Shown: in pieces, positions 53,461 through 63,914 of the stretch
How positions within the stretch are numbered: position 1 is the first letter of the stretch
Layout of the letters: each line of letters opens with the position of its first letter
Made by a program: the position numbers and the translations under genes
The notes under the pieces: generated by a model
Database searches by the model: none
Seen by the model: only the letters and a program-made list of their open reading frames with translations
Told to the model about the DNA's origin: nothing
Source of the DNA: Desulfobacterales bacterium
GTDB taxonomy: Bacteria; Desulfobacterota; Desulfobacteria; Desulfobacterales; UBA5616
Reading direction: 5' to 3'
Assembly: GCA_046483495.1 (NCBI GenBank)
Contig: JAWODC010000076.1
Span: 32,001-96,000 of the forward strand
Length of the DNA: 64,000 nt

Positions 53461-53484
53461 TTTCGCATAACACCATCATTTCAT

Positions 53485-53514
53485 CGCCCGGGGGTGATCC
53501 CCCCGGGCGTTTTT
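53485..53514 (+). terminator. Rho-independent terminator after sucD
   Basis: cgcccggggg-tgatc-cccccgggcg followed by ttttt. Confidence 0.85.
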
Positions 53515-53638
53515 GTTAGATGACATGACGCATTAAAACGGCCATCATTTGTTTGCCGTTTCAACGGGTGCTCTCACCGCAGCAAAAGGCGGCCATTGAA
53601 TGGGGAAACCCGAACGGTTCCTGTAAAAGGGGGGACTT

Positions 53639-54436
53639 ATGCATATCGTGCGTTTTTTGGATGATGAAAATCAGGTCTGCTACGGCACGCAAGTCGAAGA
53701 GCATTCAGCAATACGCCTGCACGGGGATATTTTCGACGGGTTGACGGAAACCGGGGAAAGGGTCCGCGTTAACAAATGGCTTGCACCGGTCGATCCGCCG
53801 GCCATACTGTGCATCGGCATCAATTATAAGGCCCACGCGGACGAGACCGGCATCAAACTGCCGGAATACCCGGTCTTGTTCATGAAAAATCCGGCATCCG
53901 TAATCGGCCACAAAGAGGCCGTTGTATTGCCGGAGTCCTGCCGAAATCCTCTGCAGGTGGACTACGAACTGGAATTGGCCGTGATCATCGGAAAACCGGC
54001 CAAGAACGTTCCGATCGACAGTGCGCTCGACTACGTGGCCGGTTATACCGTTGCTAACGATGTCTCCGCCCGGATATGGCAGGCGAACGCCGGGGCGGGT
54101 CAATGGATCAGGGGAAAAAGCTTCGATACGTTTTGTCCGATGGGACCTGCCCTGGTGACGCCGGACGAGATTCCCGACCCGGACCGGTTGAATCTGACAT
54201 GCGTGCTGAACGGCCGTGTCATGCAGGAGAGCAGCACCTCCGATATGATTTTTTCCACCCCCAGGCTGATAGCCTATTTATCGGAGGATACCACGCTTCT
54301 GCCGGGTACGGTCATTCTGACCGGGACGCCGAGCGGTGTGGGCTTCACCCGAAATCCGCCGGTATTTTTGACCCCCGGTGACCGCATCGAAATGACGATC
54401 GAAAAGCTGGGAATGCTGGTGAATACCGTTGCATAA
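53639..54436 (+). CDS. Fumarylacetoacetate hydrolase family protein
   Basis: CIGINY..H, DYELEL, NDVSAR, GKSFDTFCP.GP, TGTPSGVG. Confidence 0.92.
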   Translation: MHIVRFLDDENQVCYGTQVEEHSAIRLHGDIFDGLTETGERVRVNKWLAPVDPPAILCIGINYKAHADETGIKLPEYPVLFMKNPASVIGHKEAVVLPESCRNPLQVDYELELAVIIGKPAKNVPIDSALDYVAGYTVANDVSARIWQANAGAGQWIRGKSFDTFCPMGPALVTPDEIPDPDRLNLTCVLNGRVMQESSTSDMIFSTPRLIAYLSEDTTLLPGTVILTGTPSGVGFTRNPPVFLTPGDRIEMTIEKLGMLVNTVA

Positions 54437-54796
54437 TCGGGAAAATGAAGAGCGCGGGTTCTTTCCCATCGGTTGATATCACACCGGTGAACCGCCGATA
54501 GGAGACGCATGAGTGACCGATTATTCAATCGGGTTCAGACATGACAGTCTTGGCATGACGGTTCTGCAATTCGATACCCAGGAAGACCCGTGCGCTATCG
54601 GGCCGTGGCATCCCCGAAGAAACAAAGCTTGTCGTGGGCGGACCCGTATTCACATCCGATCCCGACATCGCCGTTTGCACCAATGTGCACCGGATTTGCT
54701 CCAATCTCACCGATTTTATCGATTTTCTCTTACGATTGCCTGAAGGTCCATTTTAATCACATTTTAATCACTGGAGGTTGCGAATGCAAAAAAAGC

Positions 54797-54864
54797 TTGA
54801 CTTTATGTCAATCGGAAGATATTGTACTGAGCACTCACTCAGTTAAACTGAGTACTCAGTTTAA
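54797..54864 (+). promoter_or_regulatory. Sigma-70 promoter with overlapping tandem operator palindromes
   Basis: TTGACT (54797), 17 bp spacer, TATTGT (54820); actgag-cactca-ctcagt and perfect 22-bp palindrome ttaaactgagtactcagtttaa (54843-54864). Confidence 0.75.
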
Positions 54865-54887
54865 TTTACAATACAGGAATCGATGCC

Positions 54888-55469
54888 ATGAGCAAAAAAG
54901 AGGATATCCTGCAAACAGCCACATTCCTGTTTTCTCAGCAGGGCTTCAAGGAAACCTCAATCGCGGAAATTTCCAAAATTTCGGGTGTTGCCGAGGGAAC
55001 CATCTTCTACCATTTCAAGAACAAGGAGGCGCTCTTTATTGCCGTTCTCGAAAGAACCAAGGAGTTGATCCAAAAAGAATTCGAACAGTTCATCCGGGAA
55101 AAAACCGCTCAAAACGTAACGGAACTCGTTGAAAATTCGATCTATTTTTATCTTTATCTTGCCGGGAAAATGGAAAGCCAAATGTTGTTGCTCCATCGGC
55201 ATTTTCCGTACCAGGTCGCGGCCACAAATGCGGAATGCCGCGAATATCTAGAGGCCATTTACGAATGTCTTGTGGATATTTTCGAACGGGCAATCGTTTC
55301 AGGGCGGGACAGCGGTTTGATCGGCCCCATGCCCACCCGGAAAATGGCCTTGATCATCTTTTCCATGGTGGACGGCATGGTCCGCCTGAAAACATACAAT
55401 CTATATAACGTCAGTACGTTGATTCCCGAGATCATAACGGCGTGCAGAAGGATATTAGACATCGATTAA
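54888..55469 (+). CDS. TetR/AcrR family transcriptional regulator
   Basis: LF...GF..TSIAEI...SGVAEGTIFYHFKNKE.L helix-turn-helix. Confidence 0.92.
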   Translation: MSKKEDILQTATFLFSQQGFKETSIAEISKISGVAEGTIFYHFKNKEALFIAVLERTKELIQKEFEQFIREKTAQNVTELVENSIYFYLYLAGKMESQMLLLHRHFPYQVAATNAECREYLEAIYECLVDIFERAIVSGRDSGLIGPMPTRKMALIIFSMVDGMVRLKTYNLYNVSTLIPEIITACRRILDID

Positions 55470-55496
55470 CCGATTGATAGATGAGAAAGAGAGAAA

Positions 55497-57653
55497 ATGC
55501 TGACCAAAATATTTCCATTCATCACCTGGTTTAAAGATTACGATGCTTCCAAATTCAAAATTGACTTTGTAGCCGGTCTCACCGTTGCACTGGTGCTGAT
55601 TCCCCAATCCATGGCGTATGCCCAATTGGCGGGCCTGCCCGCCTATTACGGACTTTACGCGGCGTTTCTGCCGCCCATGATCGCTTCGCTGTTCGGTTCA
55701 AGCCGCCAGCTGGCGACGGGGCCGGTCGCCGTTGTGTCGTTGATGACCGCCGCCTCATTGGAACCCTTGGCTACAGCAGGCAGCAGTGCTTTTGTTGCAT
55801 ATGCCATTCTGCTGGCTTTGACCGTAGGTCTTTTCCAACTCGCGCTGGGCGTTCTGCGGCTGGGGTTGATCGTAAATTTCCTCTCTCATCCCGTTGTGAA
55901 CGGGTTTACCAATGCAGCGGCGATTATCATCGCCTCATCGCAGTTGTCCAAATTGTTCGGCGTTTACGTGGACAAGGCGCCGCATCATTACGAAACCATT
56001 TTTCGAGTTGTCCGGTCCGCCCTGGAGTACACCCACTGGCCGACGCTGCTGCTCGGCAGTTTGGCCATCGCCATCATGTACGGCTTGAAAAGGCTGAACC
56101 CGAGAATACCTTATGTATTAGTTGCCGTAGCCGTTACGACAATCATTTCGTGGGCAATCGGATTCGAACACAATGCCGATATTCCGCTCTCCAATATCGC
56201 CGATGCCGAGATAAGGCAAGAGATCGAGGTTTACAATCAAACCGTCAGAGAATTGAATCAATTGTCCGGCCGACGCACCGAATTATTTGCCGGCCTCGAA
56301 CAGCTGACATCATCTCACGCCAACAGGCTCGAGGTCATGGAATTAGAGCACCAGATCCGCCGCATCGAGATTCAAATGGACGAAAAAAAAGAAAAAGCGC
56401 ATATTCTTCGTGAACAGTTGAGAAGCTACGAACTTCACAACAAGCGTCCTGAAGGCGAACCACCGGTACTGCTTCCCGTAGACAAAGCGGCACGAGATAT
56501 GAATACCGATGGCCGCATATGGCATATCAAGATCGGCAACCGCGAAATCGATCCGGAGGCCATTTTCGTGTACGGCGGCGGTGATGTCGTCGGTGTTATT
56601 CCGAGTGGGCTGCCGGCCTTGTCCATCCCCCAGCTTCAAATCGGCATCATTATTAAACTGCTGCCCTTTGCCGTGATCATCTCATTATTGGGCTTTATGG
56701 AGGCGATCGCCATTGCCAAGGCCATGGCCGCTAAAACCGGGCAGCGGCTGGATCCCAACCAGGAACTCATTGGACAGGGACTTGCAAACATCATCGGCTC
56801 TGTCGGGAAAAGCTATCCGGTTTCCGGATCATTTTCCAGAAGTGCGGTCAACCTTCAATCCGGTGCGCTGACAGGAATGTCCAGCGTCATTACCAGCGTG
56901 GTGGTGGTCATTACCCTGTTATTTTTTACGCCGCTTCTTTACCATCTGCCCCAAGCGGTTCTCGCCGCCGTCATCATGATGGCCGTCATCGGATTAGTCA
57001 ATGTATCCGGCTTTATCCACGCATGGCGGGCCCAATGGTATGACGGTTTAATTTCCATTATCACATTTGTCGCCACCCTCATGTTTGCCCCTCATCTCGA
57101 AAAAGGTATCTATATCGGTGTGGCCCTTTCCCTGGCGGTCTTTTTATTTAAAGTCATGCGCCCCAGGGTTTCTTCACTTTCCCGCCATGAAGACGAGGGG
57201 CTCCGTGCACACGACGCCCACGGCCTGATGAAATGTGAATACATCGACCTGATCCGATTTGACGGTCCGCTGTTTTTTGCCAACGCGAGCTATCTGGAAG
57301 ATGAAATCAACGACCGCATCTTAAACCAAAAAAAGCTCAAACATATTATTATTGCGGCAAACGGCATTAATGATATAGATGCATCCGGAGAAGAAGCCCT
57401 TTCTCTGATCATCGATCGCCTCAGGAGCGCCGGCTACGGCATTTCCTTCAGCGGAATCAATGAATCCGTTATGGAGGTCTTCAAACGGACGCACCTGCTG
57501 GAGAATATCGGACGCAACAATATCTATCCGACAATGGAAAAAGCCATTACATCGGTTCACGCCCAGGCCCACCAGGGGGCGACCGAACCGGTATGCCCCC
57601 TTTTGACAGTATGTCGAAATGTGGATTTAGCTTTAGCAAAAGGAGAAAATTGA
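55497..57653 (+). CDS. SulP family anion permease with STAS domain
   Basis: D..AGLTVA..LIPQSMAYA.LAG.P..YGLY, SGSFSRSA, STAS region DGPLFFANA...DASG. Confidence 0.93.
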   Translation: MLTKIFPFITWFKDYDASKFKIDFVAGLTVALVLIPQSMAYAQLAGLPAYYGLYAAFLPPMIASLFGSSRQLATGPVAVVSLMTAASLEPLATAGSSAFVAYAILLALTVGLFQLALGVLRLGLIVNFLSHPVVNGFTNAAAIIIASSQLSKLFGVYVDKAPHHYETIFRVVRSALEYTHWPTLLLGSLAIAIMYGLKRLNPRIPYVLVAVAVTTIISWAIGFEHNADIPLSNIADAEIRQEIEVYNQTVRELNQLSGRRTELFAGLEQLTSSHANRLEVMELEHQIRRIEIQMDEKKEKAHILREQLRSYELHNKRPEGEPPVLLPVDKAARDMNTDGRIWHIKIGNREIDPEAIFVYGGGDVVGVIPSGLPALSIPQLQIGIIIKLLPFAVIISLLGFMEAIAIAKAMAAKTGQRLDPNQELIGQGLANIIGSVGKSYPVSGSFSRSAVNLQSGALTGMSSVITSVVVVITLLFFTPLLYHLPQAVLAAVIMMAVIGLVNVSGFIHAWRAQWYDGLISIITFVATLMFAPHLEKGIYIGVALSLAVFLFKVMRPRVSSLSRHEDEGLRAHDAHGLMKCEYIDLIRFDGPLFFANASYLEDEINDRILNQKKLKHIIIAANGINDIDASGEEALSLIIDRLRSAGYGISFSGINESVMEVFKRTHLLENIGRNNIYPTMEKAITSVHAQAHQGATEPVCPLLTVCRNVDLALAKGEN

Positions 57654-57654
57654 T

Positions 57655-58881
57655 ATGTCTGCATTGACCGTATTCAGCGGAATTTACTGCCGCAAGGATG
57701 CCATCGTAAACATGGTGGCTGAAAAGACCGGAAACCGTGTCGTCAATGACTCGATTTTGGTGGAGAGGGCCGCCGAAATGTCCGGGATCGCTGAAAAAAA
57801 AATTCAGCGGGTGTTTTCGGACAAAGTGTCCGTTTTTAACAAATTCACCCACGAAAAGGAGCGTTCGGTGGCCTATCTTCGCCTGGCTACGGCAAAACTC
57901 CTATCCGCCGAAGAAGATCTTATCATCGACGGCTTTTGCGGTCATCTCGTGCCCAAAACCATTCATCACGTGCTTCGGGTGTGCCTGATTGCCGATATGA
58001 AAAACAGGGTGCCCCTCGCTGTTGCACAAGAGGGATGGGATGAAAAAGAGGCATTGAACGCTATCCACCAGGCCGATGCGTCCTGCATCGCTTGGGTGAA
58101 TGACCTGTTCAAGCTGAAAGACCCCTGGCATCCGTCATTATACGACATCGTAATCCCGACGGATAAGATGAAGGATAAGGACATCCTGGATTTGATTTAT
58201 GACAACCTGAAGAGTGAAATAATCCAACCGACGATAAACTCGAAAAAAAATGTTCAGGATTTTATCCTGGCCGCCGAGGTGGAGGTGGAACTTGCCAAAC
58301 ACGGCCATACCGTCGGCGTGGAGGTCAGAGACGGTGCTGTCAGTTTGACGATCAACTCCAACGTTCTCATGTTGAAACGGCTCGAAGAGGAATTAAAATC
58401 TATCGTGGAGGGCATCGAGGGGGTCAAGTCCGTGGAAACGCGCATCGGCAAGGGGTTTTATCAAGCCGATATCTACCGGAAATACGATTTTGAAGTCCCC
58501 TCGAGGGTTCTTTTGGTGGATGATGAAAGAGAGTTTGTGCAAACCCTGAGCGAACGCCTTCTGATGCGGGATGTAGGGTCCGCCATCGCCTATGACGGTG
58601 AATCGGCGCTGAAAGTCGTCAGCGAAGAAGAGCCCGAAGTCATGATCCTCGACCTGAAAATGCCCGGAATCGACGGTATCGAGGTCTTGCAAAAAGTCAA
58701 GGCGAGTCATCCGGATATCGAAGTGATCATTTTGACCGGCCACGGAACGGAAGCCGACCGGGAAAAATGCATGGCGCTTGGTGCGTTTGCGTATCTAACC
58801 AAACCCATCAATATCGATCTGCTCAGTGAAACGTTAAGACGGGCAAATGAAAAAATCAGACAGAAGAAGCCGCTCAAATAG
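57655..58881 (+). CDS. Cytidylate-kinase-like / BON-like / receiver domain protein
   Basis: LRVCLIAD...R and YDIVI resemble the Cytidylate_kin2-like fold; V.GIEGVKSV is BON-like; C-terminal LVDDE..LDLKMPG..KP receiver. Confidence 0.75.
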   Translation: MSALTVFSGIYCRKDAIVNMVAEKTGNRVVNDSILVERAAEMSGIAEKKIQRVFSDKVSVFNKFTHEKERSVAYLRLATAKLLSAEEDLIIDGFCGHLVPKTIHHVLRVCLIADMKNRVPLAVAQEGWDEKEALNAIHQADASCIAWVNDLFKLKDPWHPSLYDIVIPTDKMKDKDILDLIYDNLKSEIIQPTINSKKNVQDFILAAEVEVELAKHGHTVGVEVRDGAVSLTINSNVLMLKRLEEELKSIVEGIEGVKSVETRIGKGFYQADIYRKYDFEVPSRVLLVDDEREFVQTLSERLLMRDVGSAIAYDGESALKVVSEEEPEVMILDLKMPGIDGIEVLQKVKASHPDIEVIILTGHGTEADREKCMALGAFAYLTKPINIDLLSETLRRANEKIRQKKPLK

Positions 58882-58886
58882 GTCAA

Positions 58887-60653
58887 ATGCCGCCGATGTT
58901 TTCACGAGTAAAAGACATAAAACCTTCTGCTCAACATGAAGAAGAATTTTCCGCCTTACGGCAGACACTGAATTTCCGCCGCATATGGATGTTTTTCGTT
59001 CTGTTGACGACAGGGTTCGCCGTGGTCCCGGTGATTTTTTTCGCATTGATTGATTACAATTTGACAAAACATTCCGTGGAGTATGAAGCGGTTCTGCGAA
59101 TGTCCCGGATCGTCTCTAACAGGTGGCGGTCGGTTTCCTTTTTCCTGAACCAAAGAAAATCCGCATTATCCTTTACTGTATATGACAACTCCTACAAGGC
59201 GCTGCGGGACTCGACACGACTGAGTGAAATTTTGACCAACCTTCAGAAAGGATTCGGTGATTTCACCGACATCGGAGTGATCAATGCAACCGGCCGTCAG
59301 GTTGCCTATGAAGGGCCCTACAGTCTGGAAGGAAAGGACTACAGTGGGCAGGATTGGTTCAAAAGGGTACTGCGTCAGGGCACCTATGTCAGTGACGTTT
59401 TCTTAGGATACCGAAATGTTCCCCATATGGCGATCGCAATCAAGCACACACTTCCGAACGAGTCATTTTACGTCCTGAGAGCCACCCTCGAGCACCAGTT
59501 CACGAGTGTTTTGCCCACGGCCGACAGAATGGGGGAAGGGGATATGTTTCTGGTCAATTCGCAAGGTCGGCTTCAAACGCCTTCACGTTATTTCGGTGAT
59601 GTTTTCGAAGAACTCCCGTTTCCGGTACCGGAAGAAACTTCGCAAACCAATGTGGTGGAGCAGCTCGTCGACGACTCGGTAGCCATTATCAGTTATGCCT
59701 ATATTCCCGACACGCCCTATATTCTGATGGCTGTTCAGCAAAAAGATACGCTCATGGCGCCCTGGCGTGAAACCCGGGTGGATCTGATCCGATACGTGGT
59801 GATCAGCATCACCGTGGTGTTTGTCTGGATATTGATTGCCATTTCCTACATGGTCAGACGTCTCATGCAATCGGATCAACGGCGGATCAAATACCTTCAC
59901 ATGCTCGAGTACTCCAACAAAATGGCCACCATCGGTCGGCTCGCCGCCGGAATTGCACATGAAATCAATAATCCCCTTGCCATTATCAATGAAAAAGCCG
60001 GGCTGATAAAGGATCTCTTAACCTATAAGATGCAGTATGAAAAAGACCCGAAACTCATTTCACTGGTCGACTCGATCACCGTATCCGTTGAGCGCTGCAG
60101 CAGGATTACCCGGCGGCTGCTTCGGTTTGCACGGCATATCGACGTCAGCTTGCAATGCATCGACTTGAAGGAGGTTATTCAAGAGGTCCTCGGGTTTCTG
60201 GAGAAAGAGGCCGAGTATAGGTCCATAAAGGTGGAAATAAACGTATCGGAGAGTATTCCTAAATTCGAAACCGACAGGGGAAAGCTGCAGCAGATTTTGC
60301 TGAACCTTATTAACAACTCGTTTGCCGCCATGAGCGACGGCGGCAGGCTGGTAATTTCGGCGGTTCTCGAGAAAAGAAATTACGTAAAGATTATCTGTGC
60401 CGACAACGGACATGGAATTTCCGAAGAAGATATGAAGCATGTTTTCGAACCGTTTTTTTCAACAAAGGCCAAGGCGGGAGGCGGAACCGGGTTGGGGCTT
60501 TCTATTACCTACAGTTTGGTAAAGGAGCTCGGAGGCGATATCGATCTGAAAAGTAAAGTCAACGAAGGAACCACCTTTACCGTGACCCTGCCGCTGAGGC
60601 CGGCAAAAGAAATGAAAGGTTACGCCAATGAAGGTTTTACTGGTCGACGATGA
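58887..60653 (+). CDS. Membrane sensor histidine kinase (Cache domain)
   Basis: Two TM segments, Cache-like DY...DWF..V, AHEINNPL, NLINNS, DNGHGI, FFSTK..GTGLGL. Confidence 0.92.
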   Translation: MPPMFSRVKDIKPSAQHEEEFSALRQTLNFRRIWMFFVLLTTGFAVVPVIFFALIDYNLTKHSVEYEAVLRMSRIVSNRWRSVSFFLNQRKSALSFTVYDNSYKALRDSTRLSEILTNLQKGFGDFTDIGVINATGRQVAYEGPYSLEGKDYSGQDWFKRVLRQGTYVSDVFLGYRNVPHMAIAIKHTLPNESFYVLRATLEHQFTSVLPTADRMGEGDMFLVNSQGRLQTPSRYFGDVFEELPFPVPEETSQTNVVEQLVDDSVAIISYAYIPDTPYILMAVQQKDTLMAPWRETRVDLIRYVVISITVVFVWILIAISYMVRRLMQSDQRRIKYLHMLEYSNKMATIGRLAAGIAHEINNPLAIINEKAGLIKDLLTYKMQYEKDPKLISLVDSITVSVERCSRITRRLLRFARHIDVSLQCIDLKEVIQEVLGFLEKEAEYRSIKVEINVSESIPKFETDRGKLQQILLNLINNSFAAMSDGGRLVISAVLEKRNYVKIICADNGHGISEEDMKHVFEPFFSTKAKAGGGTGLGLSITYSLVKELGGDIDLKSKVNEGTTFTVTLPLRPAKEMKGYANEGFTGRR

Positions 60654-61002
60654 GGTAGAACTCGTATCCACGCTGGCGGAACGGCTGTCATTTCGTGGTA
60701 TCGATGTAGATTATGCGACTACGGCTGACGCCGCCATTCAGCTGGCGGATCAAAATGCGTATGACATTGCGGTTCTGGACGTTAAAATGCCACGGGTTCG
60801 GGGATTCGAAATCAAGAAAATCCTGGAGAAGAAACAACCCGGCATGCGGTTTCTGTTCATGACCGGGCACGGCTCCGAACACGACTTTCGAACCGGCATT
60901 GCAGAAACCGGAGAATCTTTTTACCTGGTTAAACCCGTGGCTATAGATGTTTTGATCGAACGTATGAAAGAGGCAATGGAAAAACAAGGAGATGCATCAT
61001 GA
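60628..61002 (+). CDS. Single-domain response regulator
   Basis: LLVDDE, LDVKMP, TGHGS, KP. Confidence 0.9.
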   Translation: MKVLLVDDEVELVSTLAERLSFRGIDVDYATTADAAIQLADQNAYDIAVLDVKMPRVRGFEIKKILEKKQPGMRFLFMTGHGSEHDFRTGIAETGESFYLVKPVAIDVLIERMKEAMEKQGDAS

Positions 61003-61646
61003 TAGAAGATGTAGATTTCTTGAGGAAAACCGGTTTGCAGTTCTTCGGCACGATGACCGCTTCCGTTTCCCACGAACTGAAAAACGTGTTGGCCATTTTG
61101 AACGAAAACGCCGGATTAATGCAGGACTTAACCCTAATGGCCCGAAAAGGAGCTTCGATTGATCTTGAACGGATAAATTCACTTGCCGACCGGTTCTGCG
61201 CCCAGATAAATCGGGCCGATGACATTATAAAAAATTTAAATCGGTTTGCACATACTGTGGACCATGATAAAGTGGAAACGGATATATGTGACATGCTGCG
61301 GCTGACTGCGGTATTGGCAGGGCGATTCGCATCCATGAGAGGCGTTGCCGTGGAATCGGACCGCCTGCCGCCCTCCGTTAGTGCCGAGACAAATCCATTC
61401 TTTCTGATTCAACTGATTTGGCTCTGCCTCGATTATGCCATGGATGCCGCCGGAGAGCCGAAGCGGGTTGTTCTGGAATGCCGCCGAACAGATTCCAACG
61501 TCCAAATACTGTTTTTGGATCTACACGGCAATACGGAGACATCTGAAAAACCCCTCTTTTCGGACATGGGAAAACAGCTTTTACATCTGCTGCAGGCTGA
61601 AATAAAGCTTCAACCTGACATTCACGCGTTGGTGGTTACGATATAA
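60999..61646 (+). CDS. HisKA-domain protein with degenerate HATPase (pseudokinase/phosphotransferase-like)
   Basis: SVSHELKNVL H-box retained; no N-box Asn or G-boxes seen. Confidence 0.7.
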   Translation: MIEDVDFLRKTGLQFFGTMTASVSHELKNVLAILNENAGLMQDLTLMARKGASIDLERINSLADRFCAQINRADDIIKNLNRFAHTVDHDKVETDICDMLRLTAVLAGRFASMRGVAVESDRLPPSVSAETNPFFLIQLIWLCLDYAMDAAGEPKRVVLECRRTDSNVQILFLDLHGNTETSEKPLFSDMGKQLLHLLQAEIKLQPDIHALVVTI

Positions 61647-61748
61647 TCATTTCCGCAACATCCGGTACCGGTGCCCTTCCCCCCCACGGGTGAACCATAA
61701 AAACATCGAACGGATGTTTCATATTCGGCATCATGAAAGGAGCATGCC

Positions 61749-62177
61749 ATGACGGAAAAAATTCTCTTAATAGATGATGAAAAGGAATTTGTTGAAACAT
61801 TGGCCCAAAGGATGGAAACACGGGGCATGAATGTCACCGCCACCGTGTCCCCCAAGGAGGCGCTTGACATTGTGGGCAGCGAGTCTTTTGACGCGGTGGT
61901 GCTGGACTTGCAGATGCCTGAAATGGACGGGCTGGAAGTCCTGAAAATTCTCAAGAAAACCCAACCCGACATTCAGATCATTCTTCTCACGGGGCATGCC
62001 ACCGTAAAAAAGGGAATCGAGGCCATGAAGCTGGGCGCCATGGACCTCCTCGAAAAGCCCGCCGACATCGCCACGTTGACGGAAAAGATAAAGAAGGCCC
62101 AGGCGAAAAAGATGATCCTGGTGGAAAAAAGAACGGAAGAGAAAATAAAAGATATTATCACACGGAAAGCATGGTAG
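61749..62177 (+). CDS. Single-domain response regulator
   Basis: LIDDE, LDLQMP, TGHAT, KP. Confidence 0.92.
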   Translation: MTEKILLIDDEKEFVETLAQRMETRGMNVTATVSPKEALDIVGSESFDAVVLDLQMPEMDGLEVLKILKKTQPDIQIILLTGHATVKKGIEAMKLGAMDLLEKPADIATLTEKIKKAQAKKMILVEKRTEEKIKDIITRKAW

Positions 62178-62305
62178 CCCCGTTCCATCTCCGAAGCAGA
62201 CATTCAGCTCAAGGGCCGCCGCCCTGCAACCTTTCCTTATTCCGCCGACGGCACGACCCGGTTCGTCCCGCCGGACCTTTAACCGTTTTTAAAAGATCCG
62301 GCCCT

Positions 62306-63781
62306 TTACTGAAGAGCTTCCTCGAACATCTCACACCGGTCGAATTCTTTCCAGTATCGGATGGAAAGGGTTCGAATATGTTCGAAATAAGCCGGACTCA
62401 GCCCGCCGAATCGCTCCAGAGCCGCCTCGATATCGGAACGGATGCGATCTCCGTAGGCCTTCTTCAACCGTAAGGTCTGACGGGAGCTACCGTGGATAAA
62501 AACCGCCTCGGGTTCGGGCCGATTTTCGGTAACACGAATAGCCCCCCTGCCCAAGCTGGCCCCCGTAGAGACCTGCAATCCGTCATTCAAGCAGCTCAAG
62601 GGCGGCTTCAATCCCGCGTGCGAAACAACGGTTAATGTGTCGAAGGGGGCCTCGAGCAGTTCTCTGGCACGAATTCCCATCTTGGCCCCGACGATTGAAT
62701 AGATTCCCAAGTGACGATGAAATTCATGGGTCAGCATACAGGCCTTCCATTCTTCCTCCCCATGAAACCGGATGATATCTTTCACGTGGCCGGCCAAATC
62801 GTTTCTAAAATCATCCGGGTTCATGGGAAACGTCTTCAAAACCACGCTGTTTCTGGCATCCAGATGAAAATCCGCCGGGTTGCCCAACAGTTTCAAATAT
62901 GTTTTTTTTACGGCTTCGGCATCATATGCGGTCAGCCGCATACTGTTTGCAAATCGTTCATCCGGCGCAAACGAAAATGCATCCGGCATGAAAAGCCCGA
63001 CAATCGTCATTTCGTCCCATATCCGCATGTGCTGATGTGCTATCTTTTTTTGCACCGCATTGCCGGCATGAAGGGTTTGGATGAGCCGGGCGGCGGAAGA
63101 ATCCGCTTTGGAGATTGTATGATACCATGATTCGTCAAAAGGGAGAAATTGACAATCTTCCAAACCGAACGAATAGATGGACATTCCCGAATCAAATACG
63201 ATTTGGGCAGATGCCTCGTCACGCTCAGTGTTGAATCCGGGGCTTTCCGATTCGGGGCTCCCCCCCAGATACAAAACCCGGTAAATGCGATCCTTTATCC
63301 CGGGATTGGAATTCAAGGCCTCCGCAAGGTTGGTCATGGGTCCCAGGCAGATGTATAAAACTTGTGATCCGGCATTTTCTATGGTCTCGGTGATGGCACT
63401 GACGACAGATACATCAGGCGGGGGATCATCGATGGCATCATCAACTTCGGGCCACATCATCTTTTTATTGATCTCCCGAAACGGCGGCGCCTCCTTTTGC
63501 ATGGCTATTCCCGAAACCACTTCAACTTGCGAGTTAAAGTAATTGAGCAACCGAATCATATTTTTCCGCCCGGACGCAGGATCCAGAACCCCGTCTGATG
63601 TGACGATCACCCGTATATCCACCTCACCGGCGTTCATCAAGAGTGCCAGGGCACGAATATCATCAAAGGCCGCGTCCGTGTCCACAATAACCGGGATTTG
63701 AATGTCATGGGCCCAAACCGCCGGGATTGAAACCAATAAAGCAACAATCAACAAAGGTGTAAGTCGTTTCCGGACAAACAT
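62306..63781 (-). CDS. Secreted nucleoside hydrolase-like / FmdE fusion protein
   Basis: Signal peptide (VWA-H); VIVDTDAAFDD, LGPMTNLA, FNT..D, WD of IU-nucleoside hydrolases; C-terminal EFHRHLG...I.G.KMG, SCLNDGLQVSTG.SLG.G of FmdE. Confidence 0.8.
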   Translation of the reverse strand: MFVRKRLTPLLIVALLVSIPAVWAHDIQIPVIVDTDAAFDDIRALALLMNAGEVDIRVIVTSDGVLDPASGRKNMIRLLNYFNSQVEVVSGIAMQKEAPPFREINKKMMWPEVDDAIDDPPPDVSVVSAITETIENAGSQVLYICLGPMTNLAEALNSNPGIKDRIYRVLYLGGSPESESPGFNTERDEASAQIVFDSGMSIYSFGLEDCQFLPFDESWYHTISKADSSAARLIQTLHAGNAVQKKIAHQHMRIWDEMTIVGLFMPDAFSFAPDERFANSMRLTAYDAEAVKKTYLKLLGNPADFHLDARNSVVLKTFPMNPDDFRNDLAGHVKDIIRFHGEEEWKACMLTHEFHRHLGIYSIVGAKMGIRARELLEAPFDTLTVVSHAGLKPPLSCLNDGLQVSTGASLGRGAIRVTENRPEPEAVFIHGSSRQTLRLKKAYGDRIRSDIEAALERFGGLSPAYFEHIRTLSIRYWKEFDRCEMFEEALQ

Positions 63782-63914
63782 ACATTGACTCCTGTTCCTG
63801 ATGAAGGTACCCGAATTCCACCGGCACATGCGTTGAAATTACGGCGCACACGTTATTTTTACCGGGCAGCGCAGTGCATTTATGTATTTGTTCAAAAAAA
63901 GTAGCGCATGGCTG

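Noticed and set aside
54437..54790. ORFs or a sigma-54 site between the FAH and TetR genes
   Set aside because: TGGCAT...TGCA spacing is wrong for -24/-12, and the ORFs lack coding signatures.
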